Shown here: piece by piece, positions 1 to 11,413 of the stretch
Position numbering within the stretch: position 1 is the stretch's first letter
How the letters are laid out: every line of letters starts with the position of its first letter
From: Macrostomum lignano
Lineage: Eukaryota
Direction: 5' to 3'
DNA length: 64,000 nucleotides
NCBI GenBank assembly: GCA_002269645.1
Contig: NIVC01002902.1
Span: 62,001 to 126,000, forward strand
Made by a program: the position numbers and the translations under genes
The notes under the pieces: generated by a model
Seen by the model: the letters and a program-made list of their open reading frames with translations, nothing else
The model's database searches: none
Told to the model about the DNA's origin: nothing

Positions 1-46
1 AAATAAGTAGGCACAAGGCCAACGCACGGAGCAAAAGGAGCAGACA

Positions 47-49
47 GCC

Positions 50-101
<52 letters not shown>

Positions 102-121
102 AGAGGGAGAGGTAGAGAGAG
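47..121. repeat. (GA)n microsatellite
   Basis: Direct run of gagaga... with a few ggga variants. Confidence 0.95.
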
Positions 122-548
122 ACATTGCAAGGTACGAAAAGAGTAGGACTAGCCATTCAAAAAATATTACTTCTACCGTTATTTAATCAATTAAATTAGT
201 TATATAATATAACTATATAATTAAATAATTATTCATATTGTGACCTGGAAAGACCAGCAGAGAAGCCAGCCAAAAGGAGGAATCATTCAGGGTCGAAGGC
301 TTGTCAGTCGCCCGCTGTTTCTTCTTCGGTGACAAACGCGGACGCTCTCCGGACAAGGACTACTTAAGTAACGTAATCTTCTAGTGGTCCTTGATATTAC
401 ACTTTTGTGTTTGTCCTTCTCCTGAAATTTCGATTGTCAGGGTGCAGAATGTCGTATAGAACAGGAGTTATTCCACCTTGTTTACCAGGGGTTCCAGCGG
501 CGACCAACGGGCGCAGCTTTTTTTCACGCTTGCTCATTTCGCTTATGC

Positions 549-922
549 CAGGGTTCGGAAAGCATTTTTACCTCAAGGGCCAGATAGAGAACCTAGAGCA
601 TGACTGCGGTCCTAGAGATGAGAGAGGTGAAAAAAGAAAGAAGGGAGATAGGAGAAAGGAGAGGCGAGGGAATAAAGGAGTAAAGAGGAAACGAGAGGAG
701 AGTAGAGATGAATTAGGTAAGGAGAGTAGAAAAAAAGGAGAGGGAGAGGATGAAGGAGAGAGAGGAGAGGAGACGAGAGGCGAGAAGAGAGAAGAGCGCT
801 AAGAAGAGACAAAAATTGAGCAGGCCGGATTGCTATTGTGCAGTTTCAAAGGACCGCAAAGGCCGGATAGAGAAGCTTTGCAGGCCCCATGTGGCCTGCG
901 GACTGGAGTTTGCAGACCCCTG
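549..922. mobile_element. Putative hAT/Charlie-like non-autonomous element (MITE remnant)
   Basis: Left end cagggttcggaaagcatttttacctcaagggccagatag; the right end reads caggggtctgcaaactcc on the minus strand. Both resemble Charlie-type CAGGGGT termini. The interior is purine-rich. The 8-bp flanks match only 4/8, so no TSD is confirmed. Confidence 0.4.
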
Positions 923-1167
923 GCAAATCTGATGGAAATTAAAAAAAATAGTTTACAACCTGACTGGCGTAATGACCAATCAATTTTGAAGCGACAGTAA
1001 GACAAGACGGAGAGTTGTTGAAATAGAGTGGCTTGAGTTGAGTTTTTGTGTGTTGCGCAACTTGGGGTGCTGTGTACGAAGCAAGCGACCAATGTACAGC
1101 GTTTTAGCTGACCAACTGGCTTTTGCGTTGTTAACTTTTGTCGCCGAATTTGTAAATTCAAACAAAG

Positions 1168-1356
1168 GCTGGTGGCTGGTACTGGGTCGGCTGCTACGGC
1201 ACCGTGGACGCTGCTCTGTGGGTGAACAATGAGCCCACCGATTCGGTTAACAAAAACGTTATAATCAGATACCATGGTTTTGCTGGTCTGGCCGACTGTA
1301 CCGAGACATGCACCGCGTCTACCGTTCTGTGCCTGATGCCACGCTGTCACAGCTAG
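1168..1356 (+). pseudogene. 3' fragment of a C-type lectin gene (paralogue of 41663..42400)
   Basis: Reads AGGWYWVGCYGTVDAALWVNNEP...RYHGFAGLADCTETCTASTVLC and aligns by eye to 42212-42375. No 5' part is present and ~20 bp are deleted near the stop. Downstream non-coding similarity continues to ~1630 vs ~42755. Confidence 0.8.
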
Positions 1357-2090
1357 CTGATGTCAACTGCAGAAATCGATCTTTGGAATAACCAGTTGTT
1401 AGATCTGAACAAGTGATTTACCTCTTGAATTTTAGCTCGATCTCGATCTATCGATATATATGAATTCCAATGTTTCGAATTACTCGTTGTGTTAGGACGC
1501 CACAAAACGTTCCCCTATTTTGTTTCATTTTTTTTACAAAAATTTATGACATGAGCTAAATCTTAATCTCTCTTAATTCTAGTAATAGCTTAGTCTTTCG
1601 CTCTGAGTACTGTTACGGGATCAAAGGCACCACGAGCAGGCACTGTTATGCACAGGCTGAGGTTGAATTGGATGCAGCCCAACCATAGAGTTAGATACAG
1701 GTGCAGGTCGTAAAACATTACAGCGGCAGTCAGGTTAATGGTTGATCAAGCTTGATGTTCCCAGCTGACATCGAGTGAAGATACGTCCAACAGCTTACTA
1801 ATCAGCTATACTGAGCTCGGTCTGCCAACGAAGACGTGCCTGAGAGCAATGCTTGTTTTTAAACCAGGGCGACACCGGAAACACAAAATAACAGCTTCCC
1901 GTGAGCTTTCAGCTTTTCGGCTCTCCATTTATCCGTCGCCATCTTCTGTCTCTAAATTGAATTTTCTGCCCTGAATTTCAAGCCGTCGCACAGTGAATCT
2001 CAAATTGAGGACAGCAGAGATTTAAACAAAAAAGGAGAGAAAAGACTCGTTTCCAAGGCAACCGGAGAACAATAAATGCGACAAGCACAT

Positions 2091-2096
2091 TATAAA
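2091..2096 (+). promoter_or_regulatory. Candidate TATA box for WSC-PAN gene 1A
   Basis: TATAAA ~95 nt upstream of the ATG, conserved at 21235-21240 in copy B. Confidence 0.35.
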
Positions 2097-2185
2097 TGCA
2101 TTTACTTTCAAGCGCTCCGAAAGCCGATCCTGACTAATCAAGACAGTGAATTTCTGTTTTAAAAGACTCAAAGCACCTTGACGAC

Positions 2186-2951
2186 ATGCGGCTGTCAAAC
2201 GGTCTCTCTGTTTGCCTCGCCCTGACGTGGGCGAGCCTTCAAGGCTGCGCGGCTTCCGTGCCCGTCCAGCCACTCGAGTTTCGCTACGTTGGCTGCTATA
2301 AAGACGGCGACAGTCGCGATCTCAAAGGACTTTTAGGAATTTTTCACTATGGCCCCTACGAAATGTCAACATTTTCTCCGGGCTTCGTTGAAGGCCGATT
2401 CACAATGACTCTGGAAATGTGCAACCAGATTTGCTCCTACGGTCGGTTCCGCTACTTCGGCACTCAGTACTTTTTCTTCTGCGGCTGCAGCTCAACCATC
2501 GGATCCTTCGGCAAAGCGGCGGAGGAGGAATGCGATTCCAGTTGCCATGGAAACTCGCTGCAGGTGTGCGGCGGCGCAATGAGAAACTCGATTTACGAAG
2601 TCACCTACTCACCGAGTAAGATGAGCGGCAGATTCAATCTGCTTCAAGTGTTTGAGTCAATAAATGGTTTTACAAAATTTGATTTCAACCCCACCCACAG
2701 TTGGATCGAAGCTGACGAAGCTGCCGATTGCGTCCGTTCCCAGCATCTCCGCCAACTCCTCGTACGGCTCCATCAGCCACAGCTCCACGGTGACGGGCAC
2801 CGCCATCCAGTGCGCTGCGGCCTGCCAGCGCAGCCCGGACTGCCTTGGCTGCGCCTTCGTGGCCTCGAGCCGCGTGTGCCGCCTGCTGAAGTTCTTCGCT
2901 GTGCCCGCCGAGGTGGCCAGTGAAGTTGAGCACGTCTGGATGAAGCTGTGA
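2186..2951 (+). CDS. Secreted WSC-domain + PAN/apple-like protein 1A (226 aa; exons 2186-2615, 2701-2951)
   Basis: Signal peptide; WSC motifs YVGCYKD, MTLEMCNQIC, YFGTQY..CGC, CDSSCHGNSLQVCGG; phase-1 intron GTAAG..CCACAG (85 nt) restores the frame; exon 2 has CAAACQRSPDC..C. Confidence 0.88.
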
Positions 2952-4729
2952 AGAGAGTAGTAAAAATGAAGGGACGCCGACCGCAGTTACTGGTCTGTTG
3001 ATATGCGGAAGTTAAAAACTGAATTACGCTCTACTCGTAATTGTGCTACCATCCTGTTTTTTATGATGGCTATCAGGTCCCCTAAAAATCTGCGGCTCCG
3101 ATATTCTGGATTTCAAATCAAATAAAAAGTTCGACGCATACAGTTAAAGATTGTTGAAGCACCTGGCAAACAGCTTTCATTACAGACACAGTTCTCTTAT
3201 GCATCAAGGAAGGTTTGGAGACTGAATAAATCAACCAAACATTTTAGCCGAAACTAAGTGACTCCTATCTGTATTAAATCACCTTCCCCATTTAAAACAT
3301 ATTCCTCACTTGATCAAATCAATTAGACTCTTGAGAGCCTTTAGCTGCCTTTGTTCAATTCGGCGTTAATTGAAGGCGCAAAAAATGCTTTCATGTTGCC
3401 ATAAATGGTGAGCTCACAATGAACCACTTAAGTAAGCTCATCGCTTCTTAGAACGCATCGTTGCGTTAATTAAAAGTCAATCCCGAACTGAATATTTCAT
3501 GGATCAGTATTTTAACCCACCCTTCTAGGAGGCCCACCTGTCGGCTTTTCCTCTAATGGACTGCAGAGGTTGGGCTTTGAGAGACGCATTTTATTTCAAT
3601 TTGCCTGCAGTCTCATTGCAGAATGTGCTGAAAATTAATTCTATCCCGATGAAAACAGCACTTGAGCCACGAAGCGTCCCAGAATCACTTGCGTCTCCTT
3701 AGAGTCGTTTTAGGGTGGATGCAGCTGGCACAGGTAAAAAGGAAAGAAGTGACTTTAGACGACTCAAAAGCAACAACATATCACGGTACAAGCGTAGAAG
3801 TCGCCAAAAGTTGTCAAAGAGTCGTCTAGGAGTGAGTTCGAGGCCTTTTATTGTCTGCGACGCTGTAAAGACTCTGTGGCCGTAGAGTCATACCTGTATC
3901 TAGGACGTGCCAGTGTCACTGACTGTAAAATCACTGACTTGCGTCCAAAGAGCATCTGCGACACTTTATGAATCAGAATCTTTTTTCGAATTAATACGAT
4001 TTTACCACTCTATTCAGTCTTTTTTCAGCTATTAGAAAGTTTAGCGCTAACACAACACATTATCGTGACTCTTATAATTCTGAAACTCATGCGAAGCGCT
4101 TCTGATTCAACAGTTGCCTCTTCGTCGTATTGAAGAGTCGGTTGAGTCTTGAAAAGTCACAAGAGTCGCCCCAGAGTAGCTGGAGTCACTATAGACTTTT
4201 AGGGTATTCTTCGTCAGCTTCGTCAGCTTCGTCAGCTTCGATCCAGCTGCGGTTGGGGTTGGAATCAAATTTTGTAAAACCACTTATTGACTCAAACCTT
4301 TTTATGTCAAGCGTCCAAAGTGGCCAGATCTTTTTCTGCTTTAAATGATTCAAGATAAAAAGTCTAGAGTAGCTGGGGTCACTATAGTGAGTTTTTTCAA
4401 AGACTTTTAGGGTATTCTTCTCTGGGCCTGGGTAAACGTTTAAACAGGTACGATACCTTTTTATGTTTGCATCAGAACCCTCATTGTCAACTGAGCTGGC
4501 TTATGAGAATTTAATCTGAATTATAAAATCGGAAAGTATATTTTTGAAAAAATGTAGAAAACTTTTATATCAAAGGAATGAAGCAAGTTGGCCTTACAAA
4601 TATTCTGATTGCAGTTAATTACCATCTTCCACAGCTAGCTATTCTCTATCGCAGATTATTGAATCCAAAACGGCTTCTGTAAAGCATTGTCATTTATGCA
4701 ATAATGTCCCTGCTCTAATCCACTGAAGG

Positions 4730-5088
4730 TCACTTGTCAATCAGGGTGACGAGAATGTTTGGCAGGCCGTACAGGATCATGTTGAATGACGTCCGGTTCG
4801 CTGCGGCCGCATCCGCCTCGGAGCCGTCGGTGGCCGCAGCTCCGGCTGCCGTCTCCGTCATCGCTGTTCCAGCATCCGCGCCAGTAGCTGTCGCGGCATC
4901 CTGCAGAGCCTGACCGTCAGGCACTTCAGCGACTGCTGCGGCTGCGTCACCGTTGATCGCCTCGCCAGTTGCAGGGGCCGCAGGCTCGTCAGAAGCTGCA
5001 GCTGCGGCATCCTCGGGGTTGGCGCGCTTGTACGGCTCGTAGACAAAGTTGAAGGCTTGGCCCACCGTCTTGCCGCCCTCGCGCACGT
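4730..5088 (-). CDS. Orphan terminal exon-like segment (Ala-rich linker, hydrophobic C-terminus), unknown protein
   Basis: GC-rich open frame DVREGGKTVGQAFNFVYEPYK...AAAANRTSFNMILYGLPNILVTLIDK* after a candidate acceptor cccctcAG. No upstream exon was identified. Confidence 0.4.
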
Positions 5089-5191
5089 CTGAGGGGTTTT
5101 GAAGCCAAGTTTGGGGAGTTGATATCTTTGATTCAGTGTATATAGAAGTATATGAGGTAAATAGCATTTCTATTCCGTGGACACAGTGGGG

Positions 5192-5400
5192 GGAGACGTA
5201 GTCCAGTGGTCTGGTGCGGTGCTCTGATGTTCCAGAGGCCCAGGCTCGATTCCAAGTGCATTCTCAAAAATTTGGGACTATGTTGGAATCTTTGCTTGGC
5301 TCTTCTCGTGCATTTTACTTGAAGTGTACATGCCTAACGTACAGGTGTAACCTAAGCGGGTTGTAGCCAAGTGGTTCGAGCGTCGGACTCACGACTTACT
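5192..5400 (+). mobile_element. tRNA-derived SINE-like remnant
   Basis: Pol III A-box-like TAGTCCAGTGG (5199) and B-box-like GGCTCGATTCC (5243); a second A-box-like TAGCCAAGTGG near 5364. No complete cloverleaf seen. Confidence 0.4.
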
Positions 5401-6184
5401 CGAGACTCGAGGTGCTGTAAGCCAATTTGCTTGACAACTGGAACTGAGGAAACCACGGTAATAAGTTTTTGAGTCAGCAATATGGCAGCAGTTGGCTTGT
5501 CTACTCATTCCTTTCTCTATTAGCTCAGAGCTGCTTGTCTGTGTGAAGTCTTTTGTTACCTTTTGCCTCTCATTACTTGCTTGACTGGCTGAAAACATAG
5601 CTTACTCGTATGCGAACCAAGGACTACTCAAGCACTCCACTCTATTCTACTTGAGTAGTCTTTGGTGCAAACCTGCTGTTGACTCCTCCCTGACAGGCTG
5701 CTCAAGCATCTCAAGCAGCGGCAGAAGCCCCCGCACAAGACAACAACAGCTCAAATAATCTATAAGCTACTTGGCTCCTTCTTAGCTTCTAAAACTAAAA
5801 AAACAATGGAATCATGCGGCTGTCACTCAATCCCAACTTCCTCAGCCTCAAGGATCAGCCATTGTGTGAGCAGCTCCTTCACTTAGCTGTGAGGGGCTCA
5901 ACAGCAGTGCTGATGCAATGCGTCTCTCTGCAAGCTGAAACTCAAGAAAAACCAATACTGGTTCTTAACTGTTGTTCGGTGCATCTTTAGCGGCTGCAAC
6001 TCCATCACCGGATGCTGGCAGGCGAATACGGGGCCTCGATTGGCGTACAGGCCCAGAAACGTACCTTAAAGACGCTGTTTTTAAAAGACCTGACGCATCC
6101 TGTATTGTTTTTATTATTATTGTAGCTTTACAGGCTTTAGGCAACTGCGTGGGCTTTCTGATTACTTGAGTGATACTGGGCAAT

Positions 6185-6757
6185 TGTCATGCATTGGTCA
6201 CTGCAGGTATTGGTCACTGCAGGCATTGGTCACTGCAGGCATTGGTCACTGCAGGCATTGGTCACTGCAGGCATTGGTCACTGCAGGCATTGGTCACTGC
6301 AGGCATTGGTCACTGCAGGCATTGGTCACTGCAGGCATTGGTCACTGCAGGCATTGGTCACTGCATGCATTGGTCACTGCAGGCATTGGTCACTGCATGC
6401 ATTGGTCACTGCAGGCAATGGTCACTGCAGGCATTGGTCACTGCATGCATTGGTCACTGCAGGCATTGGTCACTGCAGGCATTGGTCACTGCAGGCATTG
6501 GTCACTGCAGGCATTGGTCACTGCATGCATTGGTCACTGCAGGCATTGGTCACTGCATGCATTGGTCACTGCAGGCAATGGTCACTGCAGGCATTGGTCA
6601 CTGCAGGCATTGGTCACTGCAGGCATTGGTCACTGCAGGCATTGGTCACTGCAGGCATTGGTCACTGCAGGCATTGGTCACTGCAGGCATTGGTCACTGC
6701 ATGCATTGGTCACTGCAGGCATTGGTCACTGCATGCATTGGTCACTGCAGGCATTGG
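6185..6757. repeat. 16-bp minisatellite (GGTCACTGCAGGCATT)n, ~35 units
   Basis: Direct tandem array; explains three overlapping repetitive ORFs. Confidence 0.97.
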
Positions 6758-7641
6758 TTTCGCTACCGTTGCAAGCACAGCAGCATTTGAAGAACTATGT
6801 TAATACAGTTCCATCAGCACACTTTTTGACCCCTTGCTGATCTTGGATTTCATTTGCGTAGCTGGTGCGAAATTAATAATTAACTTTTGTGGTCTTGAAC
6901 AGCAACTGCAGCAAAACACGTTGCGTGCTTTTGTGCGGCTCACAAGCTTCCTGTTACAACTAGGGCAGTCAATCACAAAAGCATGAAACTGAGTAGCCAC
7001 AGCTTAGATGAAGAGAGCTGCCACCACATTCGATTCAACCACAAGGTTTTACAACCTATAGCCTCACTAAAATAGGGGTAATTTTGAATGTCGTGTATTT
7101 TCGAAACTGAGTTTATGGGACTTTGAAATTACTCGGATGTGTCTGCTGGTGCATCATACTGTAATCTCATGGAAAATCTGTACATCAGTCAGGCGATTCG
7201 GTGACTCATCGATAGTTGGAACGAGCCGCAGAAGATGGTTTGTAATATTTCCCACAAGTTTCCAGGCTCAGCTGCAGGATATGAAACAGCTTGAAAAGTG
7301 TTTTTAGAGCTCACGACCAACTTTATTTAGTCTTTACTCTGCAAATGCTGACTTGCAGGAGATTTTCTGTTATCTGCTTAGATCAGAACTCCCATCTCAA
7401 GCGGCATCTTCAAAGCCGATTCTCAGTGCTTGTAAAAATCGATCATTTTTCCAACTGGCAGTATAAAAAGCTAGGAAATGAGAAACAAATGCATTCGCTA
7501 TCCAATGACAAGCATCCAGTGTGCAGTATCCAATGACAAGGTAGAAGATAACGATATTAGTGCAAAGTCTGTCTCAAAAGCGCGAAACCTTGAAATGAAA
7601 TTTGCCAATTCCGCAGCCTAATGAAAGTATGCGGAGAAGAT

Positions 7642-8427
7642 ATGCCTTTAGAAACTGTCTTCGCTGTCTATTCTCTGTTGCTCATTTGGCTCTGGAGCTG
7701 CATGGCCTCTACAACTCCGAGTCCGCTGGGTTTTCAGTACATCAGCTGTTATGTGGACGGTCTCTATAACAGCAACCGAGACTTGCGAGGACTTCAAGGC
7801 ATTGTCAAGTTCGGTCCGTACGCCACGGAACCGACTGTGCACGCCTTTGTGCAGAGGCCGGGCGAGATGACGCTGCAGCTGTGCGCCGACATCTGCAAGT
7901 GCGGCCGATTCCGCTACTTCGGGGCTCGGGCGGGCGAGTACTGCTGCTGCAGGTCGGCCTACGGCTCTATCGGAGCCGCTCCTGACTCCCAGTGCAATTC
8001 TCAATGCGCCGGGAATGCATCTCAGGTGTGCGGTGGTGGCTATAGAAATTCAATCTATGAAATCATCTACCCGAAATGTAAGCGAATGAAATGTTTGTCG
8101 GTATGGGTGACTTTGGCTTCGTGCACATGATGGGTTTGAATCGGGTGGGTATGTTAATAAGCATGAGCTCGTAATATCAAATCACCATGATGCTAACCAG
8201 ATAAAAACATTTCGAAGAAGCTGGCAGCTGCATCGATGCCCAACATGAGCAGGGCTCAGAGCTCCATCACTCACAGCAGTTTCCCAGCCAGAGTTGAATT
8301 CGAGTGCAGCGCCGCCTGCCACAGCAGCCCGAGCTGCCTGGGCAGCGCCTTCTCGCCATCAGGCCGGATGTGCCGCCTGTCCGAGGAGTTGGCCAGCGAG
8401 TTCGAGTACGTCTGGATGAAGCCGTGA
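7642..8427 (+). CDS. Secreted WSC + PAN/apple-like protein 2A (exons 7642-8077, 8201-8427; alternative ATG 7621)
   Basis: Signal peptide; YISCYVD, MTLQLCADIC, YFGARAGEYCCC, CNSQCAGNASQVCGG; phase-1 intron GTAAGC..GCTAACCAG (123 nt) joins in frame to CSAACHSSPSC..C. Confidence 0.88.
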
Positions 8428-9332
8428 GGCTGGGAGCAGCCAGCAGCTGTCAGAATGGAATCGATTGCAATAATTAGCCAATCAGAACTCTGGGAATGTT
8501 GAAGGAACAACTTTAAGCTGACTTTACGCTCGTATTGCTGGATTGAAACTCTCTCAAAAGACGCAATATTTCTGTTCGTAATGGGTCTGAAGCAGAGTCT
8601 TTTTTAAACTCAACGAGGCTGAGAACTATCTGATATCTTTATATATGAATGTATTTTTCATGTGCTCCGTTCTTGAGTATGTCACTCTATCCTACTGACG
8701 AGACAGATACAGCTTTTGAGTTGGAGTCCAGAGTTAAGAACCAAGTTTCTTTTTTAAATTTGTAAAGCTGTACTTTACTTTGTTTCTTTTTTAACAACCT
8801 GAAACTCAACGCTTTGTGCTTCTTTTTAAGTGTGCTACCTCGTAAATCCCAAAATATACAGATCTACGATTGAAAAGCGCTCTGTTCTGAAATATTAACC
8901 AATTAAATGAACTGCTTTCTATGTGCGATTCTTATAGAAGACGATTGCTCAATGAGTGGCCTCAGTGCATGCTGCTTGACTCGATTGCTACTTGAAACTT
9001 CAAGGCCCGCTTGCTCACCTGCTTGTATTTAGCGATACTTGTCTTCAAAAAGGAATTCTATTGGACTGTTTTAAAGAAACTTGCACTAGGTTTGTGCTAC
9101 AAAAGTGCATGTATATTTATAATGGCTTTATCTGTTCAATTTAGACATTTAACGTATAAAAGGCTAAAATGAGGAAAAGCACGTTTTTAAACTTTGAAGC
9201 CGGAAAAAAAACAAGTAGTGCACGAAAACAATTCGAAGGCCTCAAAGTGCAGCTCTACAAAATGCACTATAAAACGACATGTGTACTTTTGTAGAAGTAG
9301 CTTACACCTGAAAATCCGCATGCATTCATTAG

Positions 9333-9890
9333 GCAGGTGACTGTAGGGATGGTGACTGTAGGGATGGTGACTGTAGGGATGGTGACTATAGGGATGGTGA
9401 CTGTGGGGATGGTGACTGTAGGGATGGTGACTGTAGGGATGGTGACTGTAGGGATGGTGACTGTAGGGATGGTGACTGTAGGGATGGTGACTGTGGGATG
9501 GTGACTGTGGGGATGGTGACTGTAGGGATGGTGACTGTAGGGATGGTGACTGTAGGGATGGTGACTGTAGGGATGGTGACTGTAGGGATGGTGACTGTGG
9601 GATGGTGACTGTGGGATGGTGACTGTGGGGATGGTGACTGTAGGGATGGTGACTGTGGGGGATGGTGACTGTAGGGATGGTGACTGTGGGATGGTGACTG
9701 TAGGGATGGTGACTGTAGGGATGGTGACTGTAGGAATGGTGACTGTGGGGATGGTGACTGTAGGGATGGTGACTGTGGGGGATGGTGACTGTAGGGATGG
9801 TGACTGTGGGATGGTGACTGTAGGGATGGTGACTGTAGGGATGGTGACTGTAGGGTAGGTGACTGTAGGGATGGTGACTGTAGGAATGGG
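9333..9890. repeat. 15-bp minisatellite (GGTGACTGTAGGGAT)n
   Basis: Direct tandem array, present only in copy A. Confidence 0.97.
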
Positions 9891-10589
9891 CCGCAAGGCA
9901 GAGAGTACAGCCCTGCACTTTGAACTAAACAAACGCGCGGTCACATGACAAAAGAGGGGAGAGGGTCAGCCTGCTCTTGGCAATGAACTAAGAGCAGGCT
10001 GAGCGGAGAGACTCAGACACTGAAAGCGAGAACGCAGCGAAAAAAGGACGGGGAGGGAGAAAGGGAAGCTGCGACCAGCGGCAGCCAACAGCTCAGGACA
10101 GGCGCGGGAAACAGCTGACTAATTAAGTGGGGCACCTAACAGTAACTATTGCTCACTTTACTATCTTCTGTTCTTAAAGATTCCTTAAAAGAAAGCATTT
10201 TAATACACTGGCCTCCAACGGCCCTATAATGAGTGTGAGGCTCATATCTCGAAATTCTCTCTGTACCGCAAATTATTCAAGACAAACTTTTATAGTCCAA
10301 CAAGCAAGCAGGTGAGTTTGACAAAATGCAGAGTAATGCATAGTTTGAGTAGGGCAGGGTTATCGCTTGAGCAGTTTTTTTCAGCGCCGTTGTTAGGCAA
10401 CCATATCGCCCCCCCATGCATTGCTCGAGTCAACTGTGTCACGCGTTCGCAGGCTGCTGGCTTGGCCTTCAAACCTCAGCTTTGTTATCTGCTATTTAGT
10501 GCAGAGCTGGTCTGGCTTGATGGTCCTGGTCAAGACAGGAGGTGCTGTTTTTCGCTTCGATGTAAGCACTTCGCCATTGCTTACAAGCC

Positions 10590-11245
10590 GCCGTGACTGA
10601 CATCTGCCACTCTGACAGCAGCCGTGACTGACATCTGCCACTCTGACAGCAGCCGTGACTGACACCTGCCACTCTGACAGCAGCCGTGACTCACATCTGC
10701 CACTCTGACAGCAGCCGTGACTGACATCTGCCACTCTGACAGCAGCCGTGACTGACATCTGCCACTCTGACAGCAGCCGTGACTCACATCTGCCACTCTG
10801 ACAGCAGCCGTGACTGACATCTGCCACTCTGACAGCAGCCGTGACTGACATCTGCCACTCTGACAGCAGCCGTGACTGACATCTGCCACTCTGACAGCAG
10901 CCGTGACTGACACCTGCCACTCTGACAGCAGCCGTGACTCACATCTGCCACTCTGACAGCAGCCGTGACTGACATCTGCCACTCTGACAGCAGCCGTGAC
11001 TGACATCTGCCACTCTGACAGCAGCCGTGACTGACACCTGCCACTCTGACAGCAGCCGTGACTGACATCTGCCACTCTGACAGCAGCCGTGACTGACATC
11101 TGCCACTCTGACAGCAGCCGTGACTGACATCTGCCACTCTGACAGCAGCCGTGACTGACATCTGCCACTCTGACAGCAGCCGTGACTGACATCTGCCACT
11201 CTGACAGCATCCGTGACTGACATCTGCCACTCTGACAGCAGCCGT
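10590..11245. repeat. 31-bp minisatellite (GCCGTGACTGACATCTGCCACTCTGACAGCA)n, ~21 units
   Basis: Direct tandem array just upstream of the ankyrin exon. Confidence 0.97.
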
Positions 11246-11413
11246 GACTGACATCATTCATTATATTCATTAAAAAAATTAGAGCAGTCAAACGACTTCT
11301 CTACCTTCTTTCTACTCAACTCACTAGCTTTTACTACCTTCCCTCTCCCTCGCCCTCTCTTTCTCCATCCACTCTTCCTCCCTCTCTAAAGTCTTTAACA
11401 CGGCAGCCGCACA

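Noticed and set aside
407-932. Charged E/R/K-rich ORFs
   Set aside because: Purine-rich low-complexity interior of a putative MITE; no domain signal.
2186-2951. Apparent frameshifted pseudogene of WSC-PAN 1A
   Set aside because: The 1-nt difference from copy B lies inside the GT-AG intron 2616-2700; the spliced frame is intact.
5030-5110. Resemblance of LQNPSD..FNFVYEP to Rel/IPT domains, or of VREGGKTVG to the EF-Tu C-terminus
   Set aside because: The matches are too short. The LQNPS part probably lies in an intron and no supporting upstream domain is present.
5192-5400. Functional tRNA gene
   Set aside because: A- and B-box-like motifs are present but I could not fold a complete cloverleaf; treated as SINE-like.
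6166-6840. Repetitive His/Cys-rich ORFs here and at 9187-9944, 10492-11291, 28309-28784 and 31421-32197
   Set aside because: Translations of minisatellites. They are open in several frames and their lengths vary freely between the duplicate copies.
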